DNA of 64,000 nucleotides, from positions 22,558 through 86,557 of IMG/VR virus record IMGVR_UViG_3300011268_000517; one strand, 5' to 3'. The notes under the pieces were generated by a model. It ran no database searches. It was not told the DNA's origin and was given only the letters and a program-made list of their open reading frames with translations. Below are positions 29,359-40,405 of this stretch, one piece after another. Origin of the DNA: a virus. Within the stretch, counting starts at the first letter, position 1. Each line of letters begins with the position of its first letter. The position numbers were made by a program, and so were the translations under genes.

Positions 29359-30134
29359 TGTTTTTTCTCATAGAAATCCTCATATTTAAGTTTAGCCAAA
29401 ATATAGTCTTTCACGAGAGAACTTCTCACGATATCGTCAACAGTAAACTCAATACGAGTAAAAGCACCCATGTGTTGAGCGATGTCGAAGAATTTTAAGA
29501 TTCCAGTAACATCGTTCTTTTTCTTATTCAAGTCTGTCTGACGATAATCGCCACACCAAATAATCTTAGATCGATATCCGACACGAGTCATAACGGTATC
29601 AATCTCTTCATAGGTCAGATTCTGCATCTCATCAACAATGATGATAGCGTCGTCGAAACTCATACCACGAATAAATGATGTAGAAATAAATGTAATGTGA
29701 CCTTGTTCTTCTAATCTATCCCATGCGTCTTTGCGCTTAAATAAAGTTTCGCAAATTTGACGATATGGTTGTTCATAAATTTCCATCTTCTCATTAACGT
29801 CTCCTGGAAGATGACCGATCTCACGAGATTGTACTGCAGAACGAACTACAATAATCTTGTTGAAAGGATTTGATTTGTCTAGGACTTCTTCAATGGCTTT
29901 ATACAATGCACAAAAGGTCTTACCTGTTCCAGCTACTCCATGGAGTGCTACAAAATAATCTCCTCTTTTATACGCATCAAAAAATAATCTTTGATTTTCG
30001 GTTAATGGATCAAATGTTAATAGATCATCAATTCTTAACCTTAAATGATTATTGATAGATTTAAGTTTTGCTGGCTCACTGTGTTCATTATCTTTTACTG
30101 CCTTTACAGCCACTGCTGCTGCTTTACGAGCCAT
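29355..30134 (-). CDS. phoH: PhoH-like ATPase
   Basis: GVAGTGKT, IVVRSAV, GHLPG...EK, FIRGMSFD..IIVDE.QN, GDYRQTD. Confidence 0.95.
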   Translation of the reverse strand: MARKAAAVAVKAVKDNEHSEPAKLKSINNHLRLRIDDLLTFDPLTENQRLFFDAYKRGDYFVALHGVAGTGKTFCALYKAIEEVLDKSNPFNKIIVVRSAVQSREIGHLPGDVNEKMEIYEQPYRQICETLFKRKDAWDRLEEQGHITFISTSFIRGMSFDDAIIIVDEMQNLTYEEIDTVMTRVGYRSKIIWCGDYRQTDLNKKKNDVTGILKFFDIAQHMGAFTRIEFTVDDIVRSSLVKDYILAKLKYEDFYEKKQ

Positions 30135-30143
30135 TTAATCCCC

Positions 30144-30275
30144 TTATTTCGTTTTTGGTTTTCTTGGTTTTGTTTTACCAGAGATTCTATTTGATGCTCT
30201 GGTAGAAGCAGCTTTAATTTTCTGCCCAAGAGTTTTTGGTCGGACTATCTTACCAGTTTTTTTATTAACTGCCAT
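30144..30275 (-). CDS. Small highly basic peptide (43 aa)
   Basis: Manual translation MAVNKKTGKIVRPKTLGQKIKAASTRASNRISGKTKPRKPKRK; SD AGGAG upstream; fills the gap before phoH. Confidence 0.55.
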   Translation of the reverse strand: MAVNKKTGKIVRPKTLGQKIKAASTRASNRISGKTKPRKPKTK

Positions 30276-30283
30276 ATCACTCC

Positions 30284-30526
30284 TTATAATTGAGAAGAAG
30301 TTTTGTGTAAATCGTTGCGTGGGTTACGTTCCTTGATTTTTTGCAGCACCTCCTTAAACCCCGTATCTTTCTTGAGTGTAATGTGGTCACCCGCAAACGC
30401 AGGTGCTTGCGTTAGTGTCTGTTCAAGATGGGGATTTGCGGCGAGAAAATCATCCTTGGCACTTATTTTCATAAAGTGCTCGGTGACTTCGCCTGTTAGT
30501 TTGTTACGAAATTCATACGTCGGCAT
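30284..30526 (-). CDS. FmdB-like small regulatory protein
   Basis: MPTYEF N-terminus (ribbon Cys residues absent). Confidence 0.55.
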   Translation of the reverse strand: MPTYEFRNKLTGEVTEHFMKISAKDDFLAANPHLEQTLTQAPAFAGDHITLKKDTGFKEVLQKIKERNPRNDLHKTSSQL

Positions 30527-30546
30527 AATATCTCCTTACACTGTAT

Positions 30547-31222
30547 TTAGGGTTTTTTATACCAAATCTGCGAATCTGGAAATTTTTTTATACTTCGTTC
30601 TATTAAACTAGATTCTTTAGTCTTGTCTACTTTGTCTGGGCTAGATGGATAAACTAAACAAGCAATTCTATCCCCAAGAACGGCACGATTAGTTTCTACA
30701 CCATGACACGCCAATTTAGAATTTATCACAAATGCGCATCTATTAGTTGGACGTTTGGCAATAAATTTAGTAGAAGTATCTACAACACAATCCCAATTCG
30801 GAACAGTTTGGGGTAAATCTGTTGTCGGGTCTTTAGACATATAAAAGAATAAATTTTCATTATTCTTATTAGTGATATGAAATCTATAACCAAACCCATC
30901 AGCATCACCATGAAGAAAAATATCATGGTCACCTTTCTGAGCAAGAAACACCAACACTCTATCCCCAACAATAGGAAATTTATCTAAGTGTTCATACAGC
31001 TGCGAGAATTTGCTTCTAAATTCTTGAGCAACTTTCACATTGGAATCTGCGTTAAATGACAAAACAACCCAAGGATATTCTTTTTTATGCAATTCCATGT
31101 AACGAACTTTGGTGGTCGTTTGAATTTCGTTATCGACCATCCAGCCAGTGAATTCCTGAATATTGATATTGGGAGAATCAGGTATATCAAGCGGTGAATA
31201 AATTAAGTTGGTGTAATCCAAT
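30547..31222 (-). CDS. Hypothetical protein (start uncertain, probably TTG near 31222)
   Basis: The track ORF 30547-31389 overlaps uvsE; only the part downstream of the uvsE stop looks coding. Confidence 0.5.
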
Positions 31223-31231
31223 CTAGACCTC

Positions 31232-32248
31232 TTATTTTGTGGCTTCGTAAAGAGAACGACTAGCCAAATTCTTTGCTTTAGATTCGCACATAATGTCATG
31301 AGTAGGCAGATATCCCAAAACCCAATCGTTTGCTGCGGTATTCCAGTAAAAATCTGAGTGTGCACGCAGTTTGGCTTTTTTGTAGCCAAGATCTTTTAGG
31401 GTTTCCATATCTGGTTTAACAAATGCGTCATGATCGATGAGATAATCTTCACGTGACAGTGAGTAATGCATAGTTGGTCGAATACCACGCCAAGAATCAA
31501 TAACACGTTTGACACGGTCATCTGATGGATCTAGGTATTCACCCTCACGACACCAGTGGTGGTGTACATCCAAAACAATAGGAAGCAGATCGCCAAGAGA
31601 CAACGCATCTTCTAGACCCCATGCGTTTTCTTCGTTCTCGATAGTGATACAATTTTGCGCAACAGTCGACAATCGTTTATACGCTGCACGGATACCATCT
31701 GGACCAAGTTTGCCAGAAATGTGCACGTTGATTTTAAAGTCTTGGAATGTTTTACCGTAACCCATCATGCGAGCCATGTCAGCATGATATTCGAATTCGT
31801 CAATAGAGTTATTGACAATCCCAGGATTCTCGGAAGCAAGAACAGTAAACTGTCCTGGATGGAAACTAAGACGAACACCACGGGCACGAGCAGTTTCTCC
31901 GATCTTAGAGAACCCACGTTGCAAAACATCAAGGACATCTTGCTGCTTGTAGAAATAACTCCAGTCAGCATGAGTATAAACTGGCAGAATCTCGCTGGAC
32001 AAACGAACCATACGCAACCCTTCTTCAAGAGATGCGACTTTGTTAACAAGGTTGAGTGTGTTCTGTAGGTTTTGTTTCGTAATGTCCCACAGTTTTTCTT
32101 CAGCTGTGGTTTTTGATTGACGACCAAGCCATGCTACAGTTGTAGTTCCTGTGCTGTATTTGCGTGCATCATCTTTAGGTTTGATGCCATCAACTTGATC
32201 TGGTGTGTCAATCCACTTGCAAGCAAAACCAATTTTACCTTGTGTCAT
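31232..32248 (-). CDS. uvsE: UV damage endonuclease UvsE/UvdE
   Basis: IGFAC, RLSSEILP, RLSFHPGQF.VL.S, IENEE, LD.HHH, HSD, DIMCESKAK motifs. Confidence 0.93.
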   Translation of the reverse strand: MTQGKIGFACKWIDTPDQVDGIKPKDDARKYSTGTTTVAWLGRQSKTTAEEKLWDITKQNLQNTLNLVNKVASLEEGLRMVRLSSEILPVYTHADWSYFYKQQDVLDVLQRGFSKIGETARARGVRLSFHPGQFTVLASENPGIVNNSIDEFEYHADMARMMGYGKTFQDFKINVHISGKLGPDGIRAAYKRLSTVAQNCITIENEENAWGLEDALSLGDLLPIVLDVHHHWCREGEYLDPSDDRVKRVIDSWRGIRPTMHYSLSREDYLIDHDAFVKPDMETLKDLGYKKAKLRAHSDFYWNTAANDWVLGYLPTHDIMCESKAKNLASRSLYEATK

Positions 32249-32687
32249 AATATGTGTGTGTAGAAAAAGTTAGCAATAATAAAAAAGCAGGTAATAACAT
32301 GTATTATTACCCAAAAAGTTTTCAAAAGCAAGGCTACTTTTGCTTCACGTAAAGTTAGAACTGGAACATCTGGTTTGTCGTCATCAGTACGACCCATTAG
32401 ATGTCCCGTTGCCCTAGCCCAAATTAACCAAAATCTCATGGCAATAACAGTGTTCCATTCTTATCGAATTTTTGACGAGGAACATCAGACCAATATTGTT
32501 TTACAGTACCAGAGCCATATTCATCATGCTCCCAAACCTGCATCTGTAGTTTAACAGTTTCAACTTTACCATCATCATTCACAATTTCTGCAACACGAAA
32601 CTCATACGATAGAGGTTTCACGAATGGAGAATATTGCTGTGGTAATGATTGAACTGGAAGAAGCATCTGTTTTGTAGTTAATTGCAT
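32245..32687 (-). CDS. Two small hypothetical ORFs (32245-32439 membrane; 32436-32687)
   Basis: Coupled overlaps. Confidence 0.5.
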
Positions 32688-32974
32688 TACAAAATCATCC
32701 TAATCAAGCCAATAAAGTCAATTGTAACTAAGAGCATATAGTTAGCCAACATGCCAAAAGATTTCCGAGTCCAAGCAGCCCAAGCATACAAGGCACAACC
32801 AAGAATCCAAACAGGATAAAGAGCCAGAAGCGGTGGTGTCGGGACTGTGAGTGCCATAGTAATACTACAACCAATGCTAATAGCCCAAGCAAGCAACTCA
32901 ATAGCAAAGCGAACTGGGTGAGACTTAAAATCATCACGAATCCATTGTAACGTTGGTTTGAAAAAATCAAGCAT
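32687..32974 (-). CDS. Small inner-membrane protein
   Basis: Three hydrophobic helices; start reassigned to MLDFFKP. Confidence 0.55.
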   Translation of the reverse strand: MLDFFKPTLQWIRDDFKSHPVRFAIELLAWAISIGCSITMALTVPTPPLLALYPVWILGCALYAWAAWTRKSFGMLANYMLLVTIDFIGLIRMIL

Positions 32975-33455
32975 TAATCGCTCTAATCTGTAAAATAGTT
33001 GAGTCAAGAATTCTGATTGTTTCAGAAGAATGACTATGGAGGATGCCATGACCACCAGCAGCATTGAATGGAGTGATGCAACCAATAGAGTCGTCAATCA
33101 AGATTGACGTTGCTGTGGCGTACTGCGCCTTTTCTTGTTTGTTATGCACGAAATTGGCTTTGTACGGAATGTTTTTCTCACTAAGCCACTTTAGTTTTTG
33201 CATTTTCGCAGCATTGGCTTGATCTTGCTGGTGTGTTCCCATTGAAGTGAGAATTTCAATGTTGACACCATACAGTTTAGAAACGTGATTTAGCAATTCT
33301 TGAGTGTCTGGCATAAAATCCAGCTTCTCGAAGATGTGATGCGACAAAACAGCATCACGAAATTTCTTGCGATCCTCTTTTTGAGGGTCAAATTTGGTGT
33401 ATTCCTTGTTGAAATCAGCAAGGACACCGTCCATATCAAGGTAAAGTGTAATCAT
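32967..33455 (-). CDS. HAD-family 5'(3')-deoxyribonucleotidase-like protein
   Basis: LYLDMDGVLADF, ILTS, K..WL, LIDD motifs. Confidence 0.8.
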   Translation of the reverse strand: MITLYLDMDGVLADFNKEYTKFDPQKEDRKKFRDAVLSHHIFEKLDFMPDTQELLNHVSKLYGVNIEILTSMGTHQQDQANAAKMQKLKWLSEKNIPYKANFVHNKQEKAQYATATSILIDDSIGCITPFNAAGGHGILHSHSSETIRILDSTILQIRAINA

Positions 33456-33493
33456 AGTATGATTATACCGTGTAAAATCTTGCATGTCAACAC

Positions 33494-33868
33494 TTATTTC
33501 AAGAATTTTGTGAAATCAGGTGGTGTCCAGCCCTCTGGTTTAAGGATTTTACCGTCTTCACGACGACGAACAAGCCCAGTAGTGGGGTCAATCTTGGATA
33601 AATTGGATTTTGCGCCCTCATCCCAGATATTTTCACAGTCCCAACCACGTGATTTCATATATCCGATGATAACCCACATCATATCGAAGCATGCGTCAAT
33701 CTCTTCGGTTGTGTCACCAGTGTAAAATGCCTCTAAAAACTCTTGATATTCCTCATCAATCAGTTTTTTATACAATTTTGACTGGTCAGTAGCCCCAATC
33801 GGCTTACTTGGCACCTTTTGGCCAACTGCAGTAAGGAAAACTGATACGTCTGTGAATGTTTTGCTCAT
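33494..33868 (-). CDS. MazG-like nucleotide pyrophosphohydrolase
   Basis: LIDEEYQEF, EEIDACFD...V..G, SNLSK...RREDGKILKP.G. Confidence 0.85.
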   Translation of the reverse strand: MSKTFTDVSVFLTAVGQKVPSKPIGATDQSKLYKKLIDEEYQEFLEAFYTGDTTEEIDACFDMMWVIIGYMKSRGWDCENIWDEGAKSNLSKIDPTTGLVRRREDGKILKPEGWTPPDFTKFLK

Positions 33869-33869
33869 T

Positions 33870-34172
33870 TTATTTCCAATCATCATTGTCAAAAGACTGT
33901 TTATACTCTTTAATTTCGTTAGTCAGGTTTTCTACCTGTGTTTTTAAGCGTTGATTTTCTTTCATCAACTCTAAAACAGCCTCATCCTTTTCATCGAACA
34001 ATTCTAGTTGTTGATTTACCTTAGTTAGATGCCATGATCCGTCTTTTTGCTCAGTCCAACGGATCGTGTCACCATTTTTCCAACCAACTTCACGCATTAA
34101 CTCATCAGAAAGTGGTAAAACCAAGTCACCAGTTGTTGAATCTGTCTCTAACTTAATCGTTGCCATAATCAA
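33870..34172 (-). CDS. AbrB/MazE-like DNA-binding protein with coiled coil
   Basis: GDLVLPLSDELM.EVGWK.GDTI.W motif. Confidence 0.65.
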   Translation of the reverse strand: MIMATIKLETDSTTGDLVLPLSDELMREVGWKNGDTIRWTEQKDGSWHLTKVNQQLELFDEKDEAVLELMKENQRLKTQVENLTNEIKEYKQSFDNDDWK

Positions 34173-34497
34173 TACTCATAAAATCAGTTTGATCTTCGTG
34201 CAGACACTCAATAATGACGTCTTCATTATCTTCAGCTTGTTTGTAGAAAGAATCTAACACACTTGCAGTGTAACCAGAAAGACCATACGCCTTTTTATGA
34301 CACTCATAAATGCTACCACTGGATCCGTGGAACAAATAGTGGTCACCGTCTTGTTCAACTCGGGTGACTCCGCTGTTCAATTTCCAACTTGCACCATAAA
34401 GATAACTACCAGCCCATCCTGCAAGGATTTTGTAGACAGGTTTATCTTTATATGTTATCTTGAGCATGACCCAAGTGTCGGGTGTATATGTACTCAT
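34153..34497 (-). CDS. Conserved phage hypothetical protein
   Basis: YTPD.WV, GWAGSYL.G.SW.LNSG, F.GSSGS.Y.C motifs. Confidence 0.65.
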   Translation of the reverse strand: MSTYTPDTWVMLKITYKDKPVYKILAGWAGSYLYGASWKLNSGVTRVEQDGDHYLFHGSSGSIYECHKKAYGLSGYTASVLDSFYKQAEDNEDVIIECLHEDQTDFMSIDYGND

Positions 34498-35426
34498 ATT
34501 TCAACCACTTTCAATTTAAAAGTATCAGCAATATCTTCGTAACCATCGTAACCTCGTGGGTTGCAGACAATACGAGTACTACCAATCATATAATCAAACA
34601 ACTCATGAGTGTGACCATGAGTCCAAAGTTTGATTCCTGGACGATCCAAGATAAACTCGCTCAAGTCGCTGTGGTATCCACCATTCATAATCTGATCATC
34701 CTTGTAACGAGGATGGCAAGAAGTATAAGATGGAGTATGATGGCCAACAACTACAATAGACTTCCAAGGAGGCGTGTCTTCGTACACAGTCTTGATGTAA
34801 CCAAGACACTTTTTGTGTTCTTCAACTGCATCCTCTGGAGAGAATGTAGCAGGACGAGTCCTAAAAACCGTCTTGACACGTTTTTCTTGAGGTTGTGCAA
34901 TCCACTCAGCGTCAGTCATACCAACTGGCTTGTCAACAGGTTCAGTTGTTCTGAAATTAACAACCTTGTTGGAATTCTGAACACAACGGAAGTCGTTCAT
35001 CATCTTTTTCATCGCATGCAGTGTCAATGGATCTTCTTTGTTCATATCAGTCCAAAGAGTAGAGCCAATGAAACGTACATCATCAAGTTCGAATACTTCA
35101 CGATCCAAGATGTGTAGGTTTTTATGATGAGCAAGTTTACGCTTTAATTCGCCGATTGTGTTTTTAAAGTCGCCATGGTAATGCTCATGATTACCAGCAA
35201 CGTAGATTACATGGGGAAATTGAAAACAAACACGTTGGAAGAATTCGTGGAAACGAACTGAACGTGCTTGCATAAAACCCATCTCGATCTGACGTCGATC
35301 GTACATAGACAGGTCTCGTTCGACAAGGATGTCACCTGACAAGATCAGTACATCCACATTGTCTTCATTTTTTATATTTAAATCTCCGAACTCCAAGTGG
35401 AGGTCAGAGCACACACCAATTTTCAT
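34494..35426 (-). CDS. Calcineurin-like metallophosphoesterase
   Basis: SDLHLEF, LILSGDI, YVAGNHEHY, VVGHHTP, WTHGHTH. Confidence 0.9.
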   Translation of the reverse strand: MKIGVCSDLHLEFGDLNIKNEDNVDVLILSGDILVERDLSMYDRRQIEMGFMQARSVRFHEFFQRVCFQFPHVIYVAGNHEHYHGDFKNTIGELKRKLAHHKNLHILDREVFELDDVRFIGSTLWTDMNKEDPLTLHAMKKMMNDFRCVQNSNKVVNFRTTEPVDKPVGMTDAEWIAQPQEKRVKTVFRTRPATFSPEDAVEEHKKCLGYIKTVYEDTPPWKSIVVVGHHTPSYTSCHPRYKDDQIMNGGYHSDLSEFILDRPGIKLWTHGHTHELFDYMIGSTRIVCNPRGYDGYEDIADTFKLKVVEI

Positions 35427-35440
35427 AACAATCTCACATT

Positions 35441-35698
35441 TTAATATTGACTAGAAACATCCTTGATAGAATTAACATTGTTCGCAGTGCAGTAGTCTAG
35501 CCACAATTGCTTTGCACCCGCCCAGTGGTTGTTGGCTGTGCCGTAAACCTTGTAATCGTTAATCATCCCCTCACCATGAGAGACCACAGGTTCGATTATA
35601 CCCTGTTTATTGTCTGCGTCAAATCCCACAACAACAGTGTTTGTTGCACCACTGTTTGTAGTGTATTCGTAAACTTTCCAACCTGTTAAACTCTTCAC
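35441..35698 (-). CDS. Hypothetical protein
   Basis: ORF with SD AGGAG. Confidence 0.45.
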   Translation of the reverse strand: MKSLTGWKVYEYTTNSGATNTVVVGFDADNKQGIIEPVVSHGEGMINDYKVYGTANNHWAGAKQLWLDYCTANNVNSIKDVSSQY

Positions 35699-35855
35699 GA
35701 TGTCTCCTTATCAGATTCTTTATTTAGCCGACCCTTGTAGTACTGATAAAGTTTTACCTGATGAGCAAATTGTCTTGGGTGATGCTCTGGGTTAGCTAGA
35801 AGTTCACCGTAGTGTTCCTCTAGCTCTGCGTACAGATCCAAGATTTCTTGTTCAC

Positions 35856-36170
35856 TCATGGTAGGATAATCTGTCCGTCGTTAACATGCTCGATGCCATT
35901 GACAATCATATCAGGCTGATCGTCAATCCACACATCAATCTTAATCTTGTTAGCCCACATATATGCACGCTTGCCTTGCATTGCAGTAAAGTAGCAATGG
36001 TCTGCACCAACAACTCGACCGATAGAGCCAAGCACTTGTTCGTCTTGTGAGTGTGCACGTGCAGTTACGCAATACACCGTATGCCCAAAACTCTTGGCAA
36101 GCAGAATAAAATCATTCCACATTGCTGGGTCACGAGTATAGGTGTCATCAAAGTCTACGGCGATGTTCAT
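35856..36170 (-). CDS. HAD-superfamily hydrolase
   Basis: IAVDFDDT, CVTAR, VWIDD motifs. Confidence 0.7.
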   Translation of the reverse strand: MNIAVDFDDTYTRDPAMWNDFILLAKSFGHTVYCVTARAHSQDEQVLGSIGRVVGADHCYFTAMQGKRAYMWANKIKIDVWIDDQPDMIVNGIEHVNDGQIILP

Positions 36171-36317
36171 TTTTCTTCCAAGTTGAGTGGTGTCCCCGAT
36201 CAAGGATAACACCGTACCAAATCATTTCTAGCGCCACGCTGATCTGACGACGAGCATGTGTCCAGTAATACTTTCTATAAGTCATATTATACTCCAGCGG
36301 GGCGCAATAGTCAAGCA

Positions 36318-37197
36318 CTATCCGCCATAATACTTAATAACAGTCTCCAGTGAGGGAATCAGATTAATCTTGGAATTGTGATAATCCTCTGGGTGCATCC
36401 AAGAACCTTTGTTCTCATGATCCTGCACTTCTTTTTGCAAGTACTGCAAGTGTTGTTGCAGTGAAGCAAGAGTAATCCTGTCTGCAACTTCGTAGTCTAA
36501 TTCAATTCCGCTGGCCATTTGTGTTCCCCTTAAAAATTCACCCAGTAGTCCCCGCACTATTCCACGTCTCATCTTGATACTCTCAATTCTGCCTCAGGAT
36601 TATCCCAACAGGCGTTACGGTACTTGTAAACAAAGTCGACCAAACCTTCATAGTTACCCCAGCCATTTTCTGGATTATATTTCCGATACGTCTCGGGTTC
36701 AGCCAACAGAATATTGAATCCCTCGTCTAGCAGTTCGGAGATATCCCTAGCCAAAACATACCCACATTCTTCTGGTCGCCACAGAATCTGATAAAGAGTA
36801 TTCCCGTCACTTAGGATGACCGCATTAGCCATTTTGCCCAGATTATGTGTAATATTCTTGGAGAAAACACTGGTGGGTTGCACCACCATTAAATCTACAT
36901 CAAGACTCATATTGTCGCTCCCTAATGTCTCGTTTCTGTGCCTTGCGTTCGGTCTTCCAAAAGAATCGTTTAAATTCTTTCAGGTGTTTCCACCACTGTG
37001 GAGCCTTAGTTAAGTTTCCTTGCTTCACGTTCGCCATATTCACTCTCCAATAATTCTACTAACCTATTTACTCGCTGCAACAACTCTAGCTGAGCACGCA
37101 ACACTACACCGTCCCATTCTTGTCTAGAGATAAAGAACTCACCGTCCGAGGAGTCCCTAGAATCCGACATCTCAACTTTACTGCGATAACCCGTCAT
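36318..37197 (-). CDS. Small early hypothetical ORFs (36318-36572, 36569-36910, 37006-37197)
   Basis: Co-oriented short ORFs. Confidence 0.45.
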
Positions 37198-37987
37198 ACA
37201 GCCCCCTTGTGAACTTGATACGCACGTGCATTACCGATAAATGTAACCCACTCTAGATTAGAAAGTGAGCAGTTGTACTTGTCGTGGTCAATGTGATTGA
37301 CCAAGTACATAGACTTTACCAGTCTCTTAACAGATTCTGGTGTATTCTTCCACTCTGCTCTAGAGATACCTGAGGGTCTAGGAAACGGCAAGAGAGTCTC
37401 TGCAAGAACTTTGTGAATCTTAGCACTAACCGCCGCACCATCGATACGAAACACCATCTGTGGATACGTAGACTTACCTGAGGTGGGTATAGAAATACGC
37501 CACCATCGACCATTTTTAAGTGACCAAATACTTTCGCTCTCAGGACACACATAGTATCCCCGCATCTCATTACCTTGAAAGATAGCAGGTACAAATTTAT
37601 CAAACATAGTCATAGGAGTCCCTTAATGTTCAATACTGTTGGTAACAGAATAGTGCCCGATCTCGATATTAAAATCGTGCTTTAGTCTATACCGTACAAT
37701 GTCCGAGGGAACAGAAATTTTATCGTAGGAGTCCCTGGGAACATAGAAAGTTGCAGCAAGTTTTCCAGAGAGATATCCCTCGAAAAGTTCGCATTTAACC
37801 ATGTTTTCTTTTAGTGTAAAAACCATTGTTCCATGGTCTATTATAGTTACTTTCTTTTTCATAAGGAGTCCCGTGTGTTAGTAGGAGTCCCTGAGTTTAA
37901 TCTCAGGAGTCCCGTGTTGCAAGAATAGAGTCTCTAAAAATAGAGTCTCGGTGCTTATAGCCTTTTTCCTAGAGCGGTAGGAGTCCC
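37149..37987. repeat. Seven exact copies of AGGAGTCCC
   Basis: Copies at 37149, 37614, 37727, 37864, 37883, 37905 and 37979. Confidence 0.8.
37194..37613 (-). CDS. HNH homing-endonuclease-like protein
   Basis: KIHKVLAET..., VNHIDHDKYNCSLSNLEWVT..GN motif. Confidence 0.75.
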   Translation of the reverse strand: MTMFDKFVPAIFQGNEMRGYYVCPESESIWSLKNGRWWRISIPTSGKSTYPQMVFRIDGAAVSAKIHKVLAETLLPFPRPSGISRAEWKNTPESVKRLVKSMYLVNHIDHDKYNCSLSNLEWVTFIGNARAYQVHKGAV

Positions 37988-39134
37988 TTCAATACAGATT
38001 TCTGTATAGGGGGATCCCCCTCTTCAATCTACCAAGATACCCATTATATCCTCGAATAGCTCAAAAAGCTCAATATCAGGCATCTCATCTAGCTCATCCT
38101 CAAAAACACCATATTCAGAAATAAGTGTGCTTTCATCTACAGCATACAGGATTCGTTCAACAATCAGTTCACGGAGATTCATTTTGTACCCCTCAGACCC
38201 ATAGCACGAACGCCACTCCACATAACAGCAAGCCCAACCAACGCAAGCGCCATGCAAGGTAGAATGGGGTTATTATTATCCAAGCCACCAACTGCCCCGT
38301 AGCAAAGAAGGAAGCCAACACCAGCACGAATACTACCAACCATAATATAAACTCCATTTCAGTTTGTAGACGTATTATACTCTAGTGGTCTAGGATAGAC
38401 AAGGGTCTAGAGTAGATACCCCTCCCCCTTAAAGGGTCTTTCTAGGATAGCCAGTAGCGAATCCAGAGGTGCCACCTTGGAAGCCACGAGAAGACTTTGC
38501 AGCCATCTTTTGCTTGGTGCGACCACGTGTCTTCTTGGCAGGAATCACTTGGATCTGTCCACCTGCAGCCAGGAATTGTTGCAGAGCCTCGGAGGTCTCG
38601 GCACGTTGCTCCGACTTGGGTTTGTAGATGGTGTTCATTTTATATCCTTAGAGAAAATCGTAAGAGGTTTCAGCGCCACACTTGCCGAATGCAAGAGCAG
38701 CAGTCACACGGTCACACAACTCGAAAAACACATCAGTTGCAATCTTCGAATCAGTGGTCTTCAAGAACAAGGTGCCATTGAAGAAGTAAGCGGGAGTGTC
38801 GGTCACACTCTTAACTACAGTCAGGACGTTCGATTCATTCATTTCATTCTCCTAATCAACTGTAGTTATTCTACCGCAACTTGCAAAAAAGTCAAGGGGT
38901 ATCTGGATGACCCCCAGACTTGTAAGGTTATTCGATGGTCGCCAGTCGAGCCTTGAGAGATTCCAGCTGGCGAATCACTTCGGCTTGCTTGTGTTTCGGC
39001 AGGTCTGCTACGATGTCTGCAATCATCACGCTAAATGCACCCAAGGTGTAGTGAGCACGATTGTTGTAGCCATTGCTCAGTTCAGTCACATCACACACTG
39101 CAGTACGCATCTCGGAGTAAGTCATCTTTTTCAT
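37623..39134 (-). CDS. Small early hypothetical ORFs (37623-37862, ~38024-38182, 38429-38638, 38648-38842, 38928-39134)
   Basis: Short co-oriented ORFs, several with SD and their own sigma70 promoter. Confidence 0.5.
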
Positions 39135-39241
39135 TTCACTTTCCTTTCAAACTATGACTATATTATGGCTCAGATTGCAAAATCCGTCAACAACTTTCTG
39201 GAGTAACCCTACACTCCGTAGGGTCATCCAGAAGTAACACT

Positions 39242-40144
39242 TTAGTTTGTAAGGATGTAGGTAGCCAGATCCTTGAAGTCTTTGGGATTCGAAGCACGAA
39301 TCTTAGCCACGGAGATCAGGGTACGCAGCGAGATCTCAGAGCAGTCGTTCTTGACTTCACGAATCAGAGCCAGTGCATCAGCCTTGATCTTTGCATCGTA
39401 CTCAGGCAGGAATTCAGCCGACTTGGAGATGGTTTCCATACGGTCAATCTTCTGGTCGAGGGTCATCTCAAGGTCAATCAGCATCGAACGAGAGCGGATG
39501 GCTTGGTCGATTTTCGACTGGTCCATGTTCGAGATGAAGATGACTCGACCTTCGAAGTTGAACGAACGAGGCAAGTCTTCGTCACGCATGTCTGCATTCC
39601 AAGAGATGATGCGCTTGCCGTAAGAGTCCAGTGCACCTTTGAGCAGGTTCAACGCCACTGGATCCTTGAGCACTGCATCGCAGTCGTCGAAGACGATGAC
39701 CGACTTCTGGTTTTCGAACAGGGTACGATACAAACCCTTGGCAGTGGAGAAACCCTTGACAGTGGTGAAACACTTGCGAGTGTTGATGACAGAGCCGACT
39801 TGGAATTCAGCAAGGTCAGAGATGTCCTTGTAGCCATTGTTCTCGAGAGTCTTAGTCACAGTGTAAGTCTTGCCCAGACCACCACTGCCAGTGATCACGG
39901 CAGAGGGCTGAACACCAGTGGCAACCATGGTCACCAGTTTCTCGACGAAGGAGAATCGCTCATCGATGGAGAATCGGTTGGACTTTTCCACAGCTGCAGC
40001 AACTGCCACTTCGATGTCGCCGACCATGGCTTTGACCTTGCGTTCGACGTAAGCCTTGGAGTAAGACTTGATAGTCTTGGCACCCACTTTAGCCATGTAG
40101 TTGCCACTCTTGGCATCGAAAGAAACAGCAGTCACTTGAGTCAT
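39242..40144 (-). CDS. P-loop (AAA-like) ATPase
   Basis: Walker A GSGGLGKT, Walker B IVFDDCD, LLKGALDS, FISN, IRSRS; start reassigned to MTQV after SD GGAG. Confidence 0.8.
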   Translation of the reverse strand: MTQVTAVSFDAKSGNYMAKVGAKTIKSYSKAYVERKVKAMVGDIEVAVAAAVEKSNRFSIDERFSFVEKLVTMVATGVQPSAVITGSGGLGKTYTVTKTLENNGYKDISDLAEFQVGSVINTRKCFTTVKGFSTAKGLYRTLFENQKSVIVFDDCDAVLKDPVALNLLKGALDSYGKRIISWNADMRDEDLPRSFNFEGRVIFISNMDQSKIDQAIRSRSMLIDLEMTLDQKIDRMETISKSAEFLPEYDAKIKADALALIREVKNDCSEISLRTLISVAKIRASNPKDFKDLATYILTN

Positions 40145-40405
40145 AATTTTCTCCAAAAAAACATTCACATTCACAATAGAGAGAATTCTACTCCACTCTG
40201 CAAGAAAGTCAACAGGTTTCTGCTCCCTATGTAAGTTGTTGATTTTACAGGGGAAAATAACCCTCAATTCTTAGGGGTCATCTCCCTCTCTAGTCTCTCG
40301 TAGTGGTGGAGCAGTCCGAGGATGAGATTCCAGTCTCGAGATGGTCCACAGTTCATGTGTCGTCTGTAGTAGGCGACTTGACTTTTTACGAATTCTAGGG
40401 ACATC

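Noticed and set aside
31223-31389. N-terminal extension of ORF 30547-31389
   Set aside because: Overlaps the uvsE C-terminus in another frame; a later start is more plausible.
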